Shown here: in pieces, positions 1 to 13,553 of the stretch | Numbering within the stretch: the first letter of the stretch is position 1 | Layout: the number at the start of each line of letters is the position of its first letter | Origin: the human T2T-CHM13v2.0 reference genome, Homo sapiens | DNA length: 64,000 nt | NCBI RefSeq assembly: GCF_009914755.1 | Contig: NC_060928.1 | Strand: one strand, 5' to 3' | The notes under the pieces: generated by a model | The model's database searches: none | What the model saw: only the letters and a program-made list of their open reading frames with translations | Told to the model about the DNA's origin: nothing | Program-made: the position numbers and the translations under genes

Positions 1-299
1 GGGTGAACCAGAAAAATATCTATCCCATGGCACAGGGAGCCAACCTACCTCTTTCAGCCTGAACTGGGAGTTGGTTTGGCAGAATTTTTCCTCTGATAAT
101 TTGCAAATATAGGTCTGCCTTCACATTAATTTGGGGCTCAGTGTTACACTCTGTAGGTGATTTATACACTGGGTTGAAGCAGCCACAAATAACTTTAGAA
201 GCCAGGTTTCATGGAATTTAGAGCTTTTTAAGGGTACATTGGATTGTTGTTTTTCTTCCTGAAGGAGGGTAGAGATGCAGATTAACTTCAGATTTTGTT

Positions 300-1130
300 A
301 AATCAGTAGGTTATTCATAGGGAAACAAAAATGAATCTATAGAGTACAACATAAACAAAAACCAATTCCAGGTGTATTAAAGGTTCAAACATGAAAATGA
401 AACTAAATTCCTTTCAGAAGAAAGCATAGAAAAAATATTTTTGACATCACACTAGGGATGGATTTCTTAAGACTTAGCATCAAAAAGATTAATCTAAATT
501 TAAAAGATTCTATATATCATAAGACACTGTAAACACTGTTGGTGAGAGTATAAATTGGTACAATGACTTTGGAGGGCAATTGAAGCCACGTATTGCAAAC
601 CTAAAGATGTGCATAACCTTAAAACCCCAAAATTCCATTCCCATGTATATAATCTAGGGACACTTCTTTATATGTATACAGGAGATACATATAGGAATGT
701 TGAAACATTGTTTGAAAAATTGGAAAAAACTTAGATATATATATCCACAGGAGAATGAATACATAAATTTTGTCATATTAATTCATTAAAATAAAACAAT
801 TAAAATTATGAATTAGAGCCAAATTACAATATAGATAATCTAAAAATATAATCTTGCATATATATATATACATACTATATATGGCATAAGTATAGTATGC
901 TACTATTTTGTAAAGAATAGAGACATGAACAACAACACTTATATGTACATACATAGTTTATACAGTAAAATTATAAAAACATACTTGGAAGTTACAAACA
1001 CCAAATTTAGGATAATGGCTATTTTGAGGTAGGGAGAGAGATGAATGGAAGTTTTTCTTAAACTAGGTAGTTTATTAAACCTATACTTTTTAATATGGCT
1101 GAAATCTTTCATAATATTAGAGCAATTTAA
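300..1130 (+). mobile_element. Ancient L1 (L1ME-like) ORF2 end and 3'UTR fragment
   Basis: L1M-type motifs such as agaagaaagcatagaaaaaatatttt, ggtgagagtataaattggtacaa and aattccattcccatgtatat; heavily diverged; boundaries approximate. Confidence 0.7.
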
Positions 1131-1859
1131 TAACAACTTAATTAATGCCATAATTTTAACATCAAATAAAATGATCATGCTGGGCTGCACACATACTACC
1201 TCCATTTGGAAAGTTTCTTTTTCTCTGTCACTCATTCATTTTTTTCTAGTTATATAAACTTTGCTTTTGAATAATTTGTTGGACTTTGTTTTCTAATACC
1301 AAATTTCAAAATTTTAAGTATAATATAACACTGAGCTTTAAACTTATTTGCATGGCAAGAGTTTGCTGAGAGGCCTCTTTAGGATCCTGTATGTACTTTG
1401 GTTACATGGTCCAAATCACAACATGCTCAAATTCTTGTGACTTTTTCTTCCTTTAATTTAGCCATGTGACTTAATGGGCACCGAACAACCGAAGTGTTGA
1501 GATAAATTTATTTTCTTGGGTCAGTTTGTGCTAGTTATGTTATAGCTCCATGTCCTGGGAACTTCTGACTCAAGATATATAGTTATATTTGTAATATGTT
1601 TTACATTTTCTGATTATAAAATGTGAAGTTACATGTATATGTTTGAAAATATAGAGATATTAAAAAACAAAAAAATTCTTCTTAGAGATAACCTGTTATC
1701 TATGGACATAATTATATTTTGAACACAAATAGAGGCAGACTGTTCATGGTGATTTGTAACCTAACTTACTTTTTGTGCTTAACACTAAACTGAACATTTT
1801 TTCTTTTATCTTAATATTATCCTTCTAAGCTGCCATTACTTTTTGCTTTGTGACTTGCC

Positions 1860-1985
1860 TCATTGCTTCCTCCTCTTGCCACTTGCTGTCTGTTCTCAAC
1901 ACATCAGTCAGATCATTTCTCTCCTCTGTCTAAAACCCTCCAGTGGCATTTCACCCCATCCAGATGAAAGTACGCTCATGATACT
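1860..1985 (+). mobile_element. L2 fragment
   Basis: tcagatcatttctctcctctgtctaaaaccctccagtggc resembles the L2 consensus cagatcatgtcactcccctgcttaaaaccctccaatggc. Confidence 0.6.
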
Positions 1986-2049
1986 CTTTTAGACCATAGT
2001 CTCCAAAATTGACTTGTTGAATGCAATGGAAAGCAAAATTCTCAGACAT

Positions 2050-2560
2050 TAGAGTCATATTGTCAAAATACACTCCAGAATTTTTTCCACCTAACATGTC
2101 CATTAACAGTATATGAGTACTCATTTCCAGAACCTCCTCTAACTGAATGTTATTATAAAACATTGAAAAATACCCAACTGATATGCAGTTTTTCATATTT
2201 ATTTACAGTTCACTGATGTTAAGTACAGTTGACTACGTTTCCCCTTACTTTGCTCATGTTAATATTAGGATGTTTATAATCTTCTACTGATTTTGAAGAT
2301 ATTATCTTTTTCTACACATTCAGCACAGGTATTTTGCCTTTTAATTTTGTTTTTAATTTTTCAGACAATGCTATCAATCTTTTTCTTTGTAATTTCTGCC
2401 TTGGTATTAGCTTAAAATGATATTATTGAAAACAAGATTATATTTATATTTGTTCTTGTTGGATTTTTCTTCATTGATATGTAGTTTTATTCATTTATTT
2501 TTACATTCAACACTGTAATTCATCTGAAATACACTTGATTATCAACAAATTTTTCTAATG
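2050..2560 (-). mobile_element. Ancient L1M fragment
   Basis: T-rich antisense L1 motifs, e.g. aacagtatatgagtactcatttcc and ctatcaatcttttc. Confidence 0.5.
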
Positions 2561-5216
2561 TTCTTTATGTATGTGATTTTAAAGTCTATGTAAATCAAAA
2601 GATTAATAGTAAAACAAATAGATAAAAATTATTAAATGGGCATAGATAAAATCTTAGAATATTTTAAACAGGAAAAATTGCAGATTAATATTTCATAGTA
2701 TTTGTGGTATTTCAAAAATACAAACATTTTTGGAGTTACAAGCATTTTTAGAGTTCATCTCTCTATCTTTTCACTTTATTTTTGGATGACGATCAAGACC
2801 TAGATGCATAAAAATTAATTTACCGAAACCCACTCAGCTAGGTAGCTAGAATCCAATTCTTTTGTTCCTTAATCTAAGATTTATATATCAATACCTAAGA
2901 CTTCCTTTTTGCTAGATTATAAATTTTAAAATAAAAGCAACCTGAAACTATACTGATTGTTACCTTAGTAATGCATTATTCCTTTATAATTTTTCCCCAT
3001 TTCATACATATATATTTCTAAATTTTAGTATATAGCAAAATTACTAAGGGCAATTGAAAATGGAAAATGCACTAGAGTGGCAGTCTTTAGTCTTTCAGAA
3101 CTTTAATTTTGTACATCTACAGAGCACAGATAACAATGGCTCATTAACCATGAAATCTGGGCAATTTGTCAAAAAGATATCAATGTTGCAAAGCACCATT
3201 TGACTCAGCATTCTAATAATCCCCCCAACTCCCTACCTGAAAACTAAATATTAATCTGCCACTCTAGAAGTGACTTGAAGTATGGGTCTTTCTCTCCATT
3301 GGAGAGGAACATTAGGAGGAAAGGTCCTTAAATGTTTTGTTCTCATTTCAGAAGCTCAGCAAAACCGTTTGTCTGATGGTTTTCTGATCCATTACCACAA
3401 GACTGATAATCTCACCTCCCTTGAGGGAAAAGAAAGCCTACACCAGAATTTCAGGCCTGAAAAATGACACGATATATAACCATTACAGTCCCACTATCAG
3501 CCTTTAATCTGCTCCCTGCATCGTTCAATTTTTGGGAATCCTATTTTAAAATATTTTTCTTTTAGCAAAAATATCTGGCTCCCTACATCATGGTTTTTCT
3601 TAAAATAAGATTTCAGAAAGCAGATTTTTAGGGAAATGTTTGTAGGAACAGATTTCCAAAGCCTATGGTTAATTTTCAACTAGGATACTAACAAAATCTG
3701 CCTAAATAAAAGCTGTTCTGGCATGCAACACTGGCAAACCTCAATTTGTGATGTAGCATTAACAAGGTGAATATCTCTAGAGGTGAGAATGTTGATTTTT
3801 GAAAAAATGATCCCTCAAATGCTTACAGCCCCATGCATGTACGAAGATGAAAAATCAGTGCAATTGGAGAAAAAAACAATGGTTTAAAACACTTTGGAAG
3901 AAAAGAAAGTATCCCAATAAATCACTTGTCATTGTGGATAATAGAATACTGCATCATCTTCTATGAGCTAGAATAAAGGTTAAAACACTGTGCTTGCTCT
4001 CTAAACTCTATGATCTTGCTGGCATATTCAGTAGTGGATTCTATCATTACGGCCCTTTTGGTAATGGAAACACCTCTCTTTCCTGTAATTGTTTATAATT
4101 CCTGAAAACTCTCAGGGAATGTCATCTGCTTTAATAAGTAATAAATTCTCTACTGAAGGTGTTGAGAGATAGCAATAATAAAAAGAAGAAAATTTCTTTT
4201 CCCAGCAAGCACAAAATACTGACAGAATGCTTCAAAAATTATTTAAAGAATTTTGCATTGAGAAAAAGGAGTTTCAAAAAAGAAAGGTGTTGCTCTGAAA
4301 AATGATAGGTTTAAAATGCAAGGGTAGAGCATTGAAAACTTAATTTGAAAACCTTGAGATGTTCCATCTAGACCATGATCAGGAGCCATTTATCACTCAG
4401 TCCAAACATTAGTTCTTCTGAAGTTCATCTCCTGACTCTAATCATCTCTTTTCAGATTCTATTTCATCACTCTTCCTCTTTTTGAAAATTTTTGAAGTTG
4501 TTATTTCAATCAAGATTATACAAGCACATTAATTTAAGGAGTTGAAATATTCTGCCAGGTTTACTACAAAGTATCAATTACCAGTCATGCTTCCCACCAT
4601 TCCTCCTACCCCAGAGGCAACTCCTTTCACCTCTTAGCCAATTATTTTGCTATTTATTTGATGTGCTGACATAAAAATGCTTACAACACTGCATTCGGTT
4701 GTTCTGTTTTAGGCATCATCTCTTAACTTCCCACTAAATGGGACAAAGCTATTTAGCCTCTTTTCTTTCCCTCCTTCATATGTACATTTATTATGTACAA
4801 CTTGCCAGCCCCTCAATATGGTTATAAGTTGGTTAGATAAATATTCAGTGGTTACCCGATTGTAACCATATAAATAATGTTTAAGGAACCATGTTAGTAA
4901 ACTATGTTTACATTATTTTTCCTATACAAGTTTTCACTTTCCTGGAAATAAATGATTGTCTCATTTATTCATTTTTTTGCTCTTCTTTGTGCCTTCTGTT
5001 AACTAAACCTCAAACTCTCGGCAATTGCCTAAATTGCCTCTTTAGATGTTCAGATGTTTCTGATATTCTATCAAATTAATATTTTTGGAGGCATCTCTCC
5101 TAGGGCTTGCTCTAGGTTGGGCTGTTTTCCCTCCACATCCGGGGTGTAATTGGGGGATTTATTGACTGTCCTGCTGGGAACTCTGTCACCTCTTCTTTGT
5201 TAGATCTCCTGTTTTT

Positions 5217-5330
5217 TCTTTGATTATATTTTAAGTTCTAGGGTACATGTGCACAATGTGCAGGTTTGTTACATATGTATACATGTGCCATGTTGGTGTG
5301 CTGCACCCATTAACTCGTCATTTACATTAG
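5217..5330 (-). mobile_element. Severely 5'-truncated L1PA (about L1PA3-5) 3' end
   Basis: ttaagttctagggtacatgtgcacaatgtgcaggtttgttacatatgtatacatgtgccatgttgg; TSD tagatctc(c/t)tgttttt at 5201-5216 and 5328-5343. Confidence 0.9.
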
Positions 5331-6576
5331 ATCTCTTGTTTTTTTCTATTTCAGATCTTCCTTAATGTTAGTTTGCCCTCCCATTCTATAGAATACCATC
5401 CCCAAGTAGTTTTCACAGAAAGCAAATAGTTTGTGACTTCACATGTCTAAAAATGTGTTTTATTCTACCCTGACACTTAGAATCTCAATAAAGCCCTTTA
5501 AATTGTATTGAGGTATAACTTTTATATAGTAGGTTGCACAAGGCTTAAAAATAGTTCCTATGAATTTTTTTACATATGTATATACTTGTATACACCACCC
5601 AAATTAAGATATAGAATATTTCCATCAGCTAAAAAGGATGTTCAGTGCCCATGCCATTTAATATGTACCCTTTAGGGGTTATTACTATTCTGACTAGTGT
5701 AACATAGATTAATTTTACCTTCTTGAACCTCATATAAATGGAATCATACTGTTTGTGCCTTTTTGTATTTATATTTTTTCATTCAATATGTTTTTGGGAT
5801 TCATCCATATCATTGTATTTACCAATGATTTTTATTTTTTTATTTCTGCTTAATATTTTACTAGATTACAAAAATTATCTTATATTTTCTCCTAGAAGAA
5901 GAACACCTCTATGAGCTACCAAAGTTAATTTTTGTATATGGTATAAAGTAGGTCAAGATTTATTGTTTTTCCGTATGGATGCTCAATTTCCAGCACCATT
6001 TATTGAGAAAAACAGCATGTGCCCTGCTGAACTGCAGTAGCATCTTTGGAGTAAATTAGATGACTATTTATCTGTAGGTCTCTTTCTATACTCTGTTCTG
6101 TTTGTTGATGTATTTTTCTATCTTTGGACCATTAACATGGTCTCATTTGTTGTAGATTTATAGTAATGTTGCTATCTGGAAATGTAAGTTCTCCAAGTTG
6201 ATTCTTCTTCAAGATTGTCTTTGACTGTTACAAGTTTTTTGAAGTTTCATATAAATTTTAAAATCAGCTCATCAATGTTCACCAAAAACAAAACAAAACA
6301 AAACAAAAAACTTCCAGCCAGGGAATATAATTGGGATTGAATAAAATCTATATAACTTTTTGGGCAGGAATTGACATCTTAGCAATATTGATTCTTCTAA
6401 TTCATAAACATGTTATCCCATTTATTTAGATGTTTTTCAGTTTCTCTCAGCAATATTTATATTTCTCAAGATAGAGGTCTTCTACAACTTCTGTTGAATT
6501 TACTCCCATATTGTTTTGGAGTTTTATTTTCTCCTGTTGTTTTCATCCCATATTTTTTGACGTTTTTGGAAATAGG

Positions 6577-6855
6577 TTTTCTTCCTTTATTTTCTGGAGA
6601 GAGGGTTTCACTCTGTTGCAGGGGTGTAATCATAGCTCATGAAGTCTTGAACTCCTAGGCTTAAGTGATCCTCCTGCCTCAGCCTCTGAAGTAATTAGGA
6701 CTTAACAAGCTTGCACCACCACACCTGGCTAATTACTTTTTTGGTAGAGATGGGGTCTTGCAGTGTTGCCCAGACTAATCTCAAACTCCTGGCATCAAGT
6801 GATCCTCCTGCCTCAACTTCTCAAAGCACTGGAATTTGAGCCATCACACTTGGCC
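6577..6855 (-). mobile_element. AluJ
   Basis: Diverged dimeric Alu with J-type atcatagctca and aagtgatcctcctgcctc in both arms; flanks tggaaatag/tggaaatgg as a TSD remnant. Confidence 0.9.
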
Positions 6856-7505
6856 TGGAAATGGTATTTTAAAAAGTTTTATTTTTCATTTCTCAATTAT
6901 TTTGTTGGTAGTATATAAAATACAACATATTTTTGTATGTCAAATTTGTGTCCAATGACCTTGCTCAATACGCTTATTAAATAGTTTATAGAAGTTTTTG
7001 GATCTTCTACATGCATAGAAATATCATCTCCAAATAATGACTATTTTACTCCTTCTATTTAAATATTTGTATCTTTTATATATCTTTTCCTCATTTTACT
7101 AGAAGTGGTGATAATGACCATTCTTATTTGTCTCACTTTGCTTGTCTTAGTGGGAAACTGTACAATATTTCACCATTAAGTTTAGTATTCTCTGTAAGCT
7201 TTTCTTTGATGCCCTTCAGCAGACTAAGAAAGTTCTTTTGTATTACTGGCTTGCTTTGAGTTTTTTTTTTAACCATAAATGGATATTAAATTTTCTCAAT
7301 TGCTTTTTCTTAGTCTATTGGTATGTTGTTTTTTCCCTTTATTCTGTTGATGTGGTAATATACATTGTGGTAATATACACTGATTGTATTTCAAATGTTA
7401 AACTAACCTTGCCTTCTGGGAATAAACTTTACCTGGTGTTGATGTCTTATGCTTTTAATATATTGCTGGATTTGTTTTGCTAATATTTCATTTAGGATTT
7501 TTTAA

Positions 7506-7851
<346 letters not shown>

Positions 7852-8193
7852 TAGTGTCTTTGTCAGGTTTTGATATCAGGATTACACTAATTAGATGCTT
7901 GAATAGTAGATTAGTTGGTTATGGAATACTAAGTTGAAAATAATTTCCTTAAACTGTTTGAAGTATTGATTCACTGTCTTCTAATGTCCAGTGGTCTTGA
8001 GAAGAGTGAAGTCATTATGATTTATCCTGTAGCCTATAGGATCTTCATACCTCTCTAATATTCTAAAAGTTCACTATACAGTGCTTGTTGTGGCTCTGTT
8101 TTCATCCCTGTGCTGGGTAGTGGGATGTCCTTTTTATCTCCAAAGTAAGATCTTTCAGTTGTGGGAAATTTCCATGAATTATTTCATCAATGG

Positions 8194-8685
8194 TGTAGCA
8201 GGGTGAATAATGCCCCATCTCTGCCTGCCATAGATGCCCATGTCCCAAGCCTTGGAACCTGGGAATGCTGCCTTCTATGGCAAAAAGGACTTCGCAGATG
8301 TGATGGAGTTAAGTGTCTTGAGATAGGAAGTTTATCCTGGGTTATCTGGGTGGGCCTGATAATTCTTGTAAGCAGACAACAGAGGAGTCAGAATCAGTGA
8401 AGGTGATGTATGCCAGAAGCATAGGTTGAAGTAATGCACTTTGAGGATAAAGGCAAGGAACCATGAGCCAAGGAATATAAGCAGTTTCTATAAGCTGAGA
8501 AAGTCGAGGAAATGGATTCTCCCCTAGGGCCTCCAGGAAGAACCAGCCCTGCAAGCACCTTGACTTTAGCCTAGTGAAACTGATTTTGGATTTCTTGCCT
8601 CTTGACTGTAAAATAATAAATTTGTGTTGTTTTAAGCCACCAAGTTTGTGGGAATTGGTTATAGCAGCCATAGGAAACTAATACA
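8194..8685 (+). mobile_element. MLT1 (MLT1D-like) solo LTR, ERVL-MaLR
   Basis: TG...CA ends, atggcaaaaaggacttcgcagatgtga, ccatgagccaaggaat, aataaatttgtgttgttttaagccac, gaaactaataca; 5-bp TSD aatgg/agtgg. Confidence 0.9.
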
Positions 8686-9559
8686 AGTGGTTTTCTCCTG
8701 TCTCTTTCCTGTTTTCTCTTTGCGGAACACCTATTTTATTATAATTTCTAGACCAGACTTTGATTTTCTTATTTTTATCTATTTGTCTTTTTTTGCCCAG
8801 TTTTCTAGAATATTTCCTAAATTTCTCTTCAAACTTCTCTTTTTGGATTTTTAATTTCTGCTCTCAAATTTATAACTTTTTAGAAATGCATCCCTATTTG
8901 GTTCTTGAAATGTTCCCTTTAAAAAATGATATCCTGTTCTTACTCATGGTTGCAGTATTTTGTTTTATTTTCTAAGAATATTAACAGTAATTTTCCTGGG
9001 AATTTTATTCTGCCTGCAAAATCTGTCTCCTGCAAGTTTTAGCTGTCTGCCTCGGTTTTTGTATTTCATAATAAAAGTTCTCTTTTGTGGCCTGGTAATA
9101 TTTGGTTTGACTGTTCAAACCGAAGGGTTGGCAACTAACAATTTAAATGGAAGCACTGAGCATGTGGGTGGAGCTTTACTCCAGCTCTGAAGTATACAGC
9201 ATGGCCAGTTCTTACTGAGCCATTTGGGGGTTAGGTATTATAAATTGATTTGGATCTCGAACATTCTCCATACTGGATTAAGGTTTCATTGTGGTATTTC
9301 CCCCCAGGCTTGCTAAGTTATCATTTGTGCAAATGTTTACTCCCTCCCAAAATTTTATACTCTTTTCTTCTTTTCTTGTCTTGCTCCTGTTCTGCTTGTT
9401 CTTACGAGTTATCCTTTTAAATACAATTCCTGTATTTTTATTTTAATGTGGCTTATAGATGGACTGAACATAGACAAATGTGTTCAACCTTCCGTTTTTG
9501 ACCAGCAGTACTATGGCTTTCGTTCTTCAGCCAAATCCCTACAACTGGGGGCTCTTGAG

Positions 9560-10115
9560 GTGCTGTCCTCATTTTTTCTTTCCCTTTTCATTCAACATAA
9601 TCTTGCTTCTCGATTTTACCCATTCCTGTGACTTCAACTATCATTTGTAGATCAATGACTTTCAACTTTCTATTTTCACTTCCTACTACTTTCCTGAATT
9701 TTCAGAGCTTTACTTTCAGCTGGAGGCTCTCAATCAGCAGTTGAATCTCCTACTGTGCCCTCAAACTAAATGTGTCCAACAGATCTCATTATTTCTTTAC
9801 AACCTTATTGTAACTTCCCTACACACAAGCTTGCTGATCTTTTTGTGTTTCTTCTTTTATTGACATCACTAACCATCTCAGATTTAAAATTGGGAATCAT
9901 TTTAAACTCCCTCTTCTTTACCTCCAACATCCAGTTAGTTACCAGGCTCTGGCAAATTTACTTTCTATATGTCTTTCACTGTATCTCATTCATCCCTCAC
10001 CCATTATTTGTACTCCTACCTTAGTTCAAGCTTTCAACACCTATTACTATATAGAGTATTGCAGTAACCTAACTTGATACCTTTCTCTGATCTCTCTAAC
10101 ACTCCAATCTATTGA
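9560..10115 (+). mobile_element. L2 fragment; further pieces at ~10935-11130 and ~11990-12320
   Basis: ccctcaaactaaatgtgtccaa, ctccaacatccagttagttacca; L2 tail aacatagtaggtcctcaaaaatgtttgttaaatga near 12280-12316. Confidence 0.65.
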
Positions 10116-10124
10116 TATAAATTG

Positions 10125-10935
10125 ATCATTCAACACACATTTACTGAGTATCTAATCTGTACCAGATGTGGTTTGCACTAGAGATATCACAGGAGAAAAG
10201 ACATGGTTACCCTTTTTGTTAAGGGAGAAAATAGTTCACTGGAAAATTATCACATTCGTGAGAAATTATAAAACAGTCTGCTATGTGTTATAGGGGAAGT
10301 ACAGAGTTCTAGATAGCCATATGTGAGAGTAATTCAATCTACACTTGGGGACACATGGAAATACTTCCTAGGAGAAGGTCATGTATATAGAGACCAAAAC
10401 AATTAGACAGTATGTTCAATACGGAGGATGCAGCCCCTGCCAAAGGCCCTGATGTGGTAGGCACAATTGATGGACTAAAAGAAGTTTAATATGGCTGCAG
10501 TGGAGAGTGGAAAAAAAGAAAATGGGAATAAAACTGGAGAGGTAATCAGCATTCAGACCATTCAGCATCTAAACTAATTTAAGGAGAATGCGAATTTCTT
10601 CTAAGAAAAGCAGGAGACTAACATGAAACTTTATAATTTACTTTGCATTTTAGAAAAATCTATACTTCTGTGGAGAATGGATTAAAATAGATCAAGTTGG
10701 AAGAGGGAGACCAATTGTAGTAATCCAGTTGGGAGATAGTCATGATACAGAATAGGATTGGGCAGTAGAAAAAGAGGAAAGTAGTGTTTTGCAGGATATT
10801 AGGAGATAGGCTTAGAAGATTAAAGGAGCAGGAGGAATTAAGAAACAGAAATAACAGGTTTGAAGGAATGGTTCAATGAGTTAAATTTTCATAATGTTGA
10901 GTTTGAAGTGCCTGTAAGACATCCAAGTGAAAATG
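10125..10935 (-). mobile_element. L2, antisense, inserted within a sense L2
   Basis: Starts cattcaacacacatttactgagtatct (reverse L2 tail) and ends gttgagtttgaagtgcctgtaagacatccaagtg. Confidence 0.8.
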
Positions 10936-11151
10936 ATAAACAGAAATCTAATTATATATTCTCAGGCCTAAGCCTACTCCATGGTTCCCTCTTGTATCCG
11001 ACATAAAACCAAACCCCTGTGCATGGTATACACAGTACTTCCTATTCTCACACCATCTGTCTGGTTTATCTCTTAATAACAACTCCCAGACCTCTTCAGC
11101 TACATATTCACACCCTTCATGCCTTCTTGTCTTTAAAAATATTATCGCACT

Positions 11152-11472
<321 letters not shown>

Positions 11473-11652
11473 TCAATGCTTTTGTGAAACTTAGCTTTGT
11501 CATTTTCCACAGCACAAATTCCTCATGTCAAGCATTTATGAGGATGGTGGACTTCACTGAAGATTGTGGGGGTTTGTGGGAGAGATCCTATGACAGAGTG
11601 CACATGCTTCTGCCATCTTACCCATTCTCCTCTCCTCTTTCATTTGCTAGAT

Positions 11653-11982
11653 CTACACTGTCCAGTACTCTAGCCACTAGTCACCTGTGGTCTATGGTGA
11701 CTCTTGAGCACTTGAAGTGTAGCTAGTATGAGATCAGATGTGCAGCAAGTGTCAAATACACAATAGATTTTGAAGACAGTTGGGAAAAAGAACATGAAAT
11801 ATCTCATTAATAATTTTTCAAATATTGATTGATTATATGTTAAAATGACAATGTTTTAGATATATTGGTTTCAATAAAATATATTATTAAAATTAATTTC
11901 ACCTGTTTTATTCTTTTTAAATGTGACTCACTTTTCGAAATTACATATGTGATTCACATTATATTTCTACTGGGCAGTGTTG
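11653..11982. mobile_element. MER33-type hAT-Charlie non-autonomous DNA transposon
   Basis: Terminal inverted repeats cactgtccagta/tactgggcagtg; 8-bp TSD tgctagat/tcctagat; internal aaaattaatttcacctg. Confidence 0.85.
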
Positions 11983-13174
11983 TCCTAGATCTCTCTCCTG
12001 AATTGTCAAATTGTCCTACTTCTATGATGCAAAGAAATTTAACTCTTGAGCCTCTGTTTCAACTTTGCCTACACAATCCTATCAAGGACTTTCATTTTTA
12101 AGGCTCTCCTTAGGAAGCAGTTGTAATTATATATCTCAAAATTCAACATGAAAAACATTCATATTTTTACTTTGGTACTCACTTCTTTGTAGCGTGATTC
12201 TTTGTAAAATTGCTTTCTCTCACGAGGATATGAAGAAAGAGCACATCATATTCATCTTTCTATACCCAATCCAGTGGCAAGAACATAGTAGGTCCTCAAA
12301 AATGTTTGTTAAATGATAGGAGTGGGTTCCTTATTAGCTGAAAATGAAATGTCTGAATTTGAAAATTACATTCATGGCAGTTGGCTTGGTGTAAATTAAG
12401 AATAGTGGTAAACACAGTGTTGTATACTTATATCCCTTCATTTTTCCTTGACCTTACAGATTGATCCCATAGTGATCACTTTAAGCTTGTTATTGAATCT
12501 TTGTCACAAAGTGTGTGCTAATATTATTCTTTTCTAGACATAAGAATAGAAGCAGAGAAGGAATTTAAATCAATAAAGCTAACAAATAAATAACAAGCTG
12601 GAGAAGTGGAACTTGTCACTTAAGAACGTGAGGTGAAGGGCATATTGACAGTTTCTGATAACTAAGTAGATAGAGTATTGATAGCCGAAGTCATTATGAA
12701 ATGAACGCTTACTGAGATCATGTTTACATAAAGTTGTTATAGCAAGTCGTTATTATAAACACAACTACAGCATTGTCCTTGGACCTGTTAGGCCAGGGTT
12801 TTAGAGCATACTGCAATTACTGACTGCAAATATAATTCCCTTAATGCATATTTTAAAGTTTGAAATGCACTTGCTGACTTCACACAACAGTAGCTCCCTA
12901 ATGACAGGAACTTTGCCTGTACTTGAGAAGAAGATTTCAAGAGAAACCAAGCATAAAGTAGAATGGGTGAAAAATGATAATTCAAATTGAGCCAGATTTC
13001 CCCAGTGGTTTAGGTACACCTGGTTTTACATTTAAAACTTTTGAAAGTTACATTAACTTTTTAAGACCACACATTTAATAATCTTAAGAGGTGCCTCAAG
13101 AAGACTCTAGGTTCTAAGAGAATATATATAAAAGAAGAGTGAGGCAAATATTAGCTTACATTTTTGACAATTAA

Positions 13175-13553
<379 letters not shown>

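Noticed and set aside
7351-7379. Short tandem duplications inside old repeats (also 41400-41435 and ~51417-51449)
   Set aside because: Ordinary slippage-type duplications in neutral TE sequence
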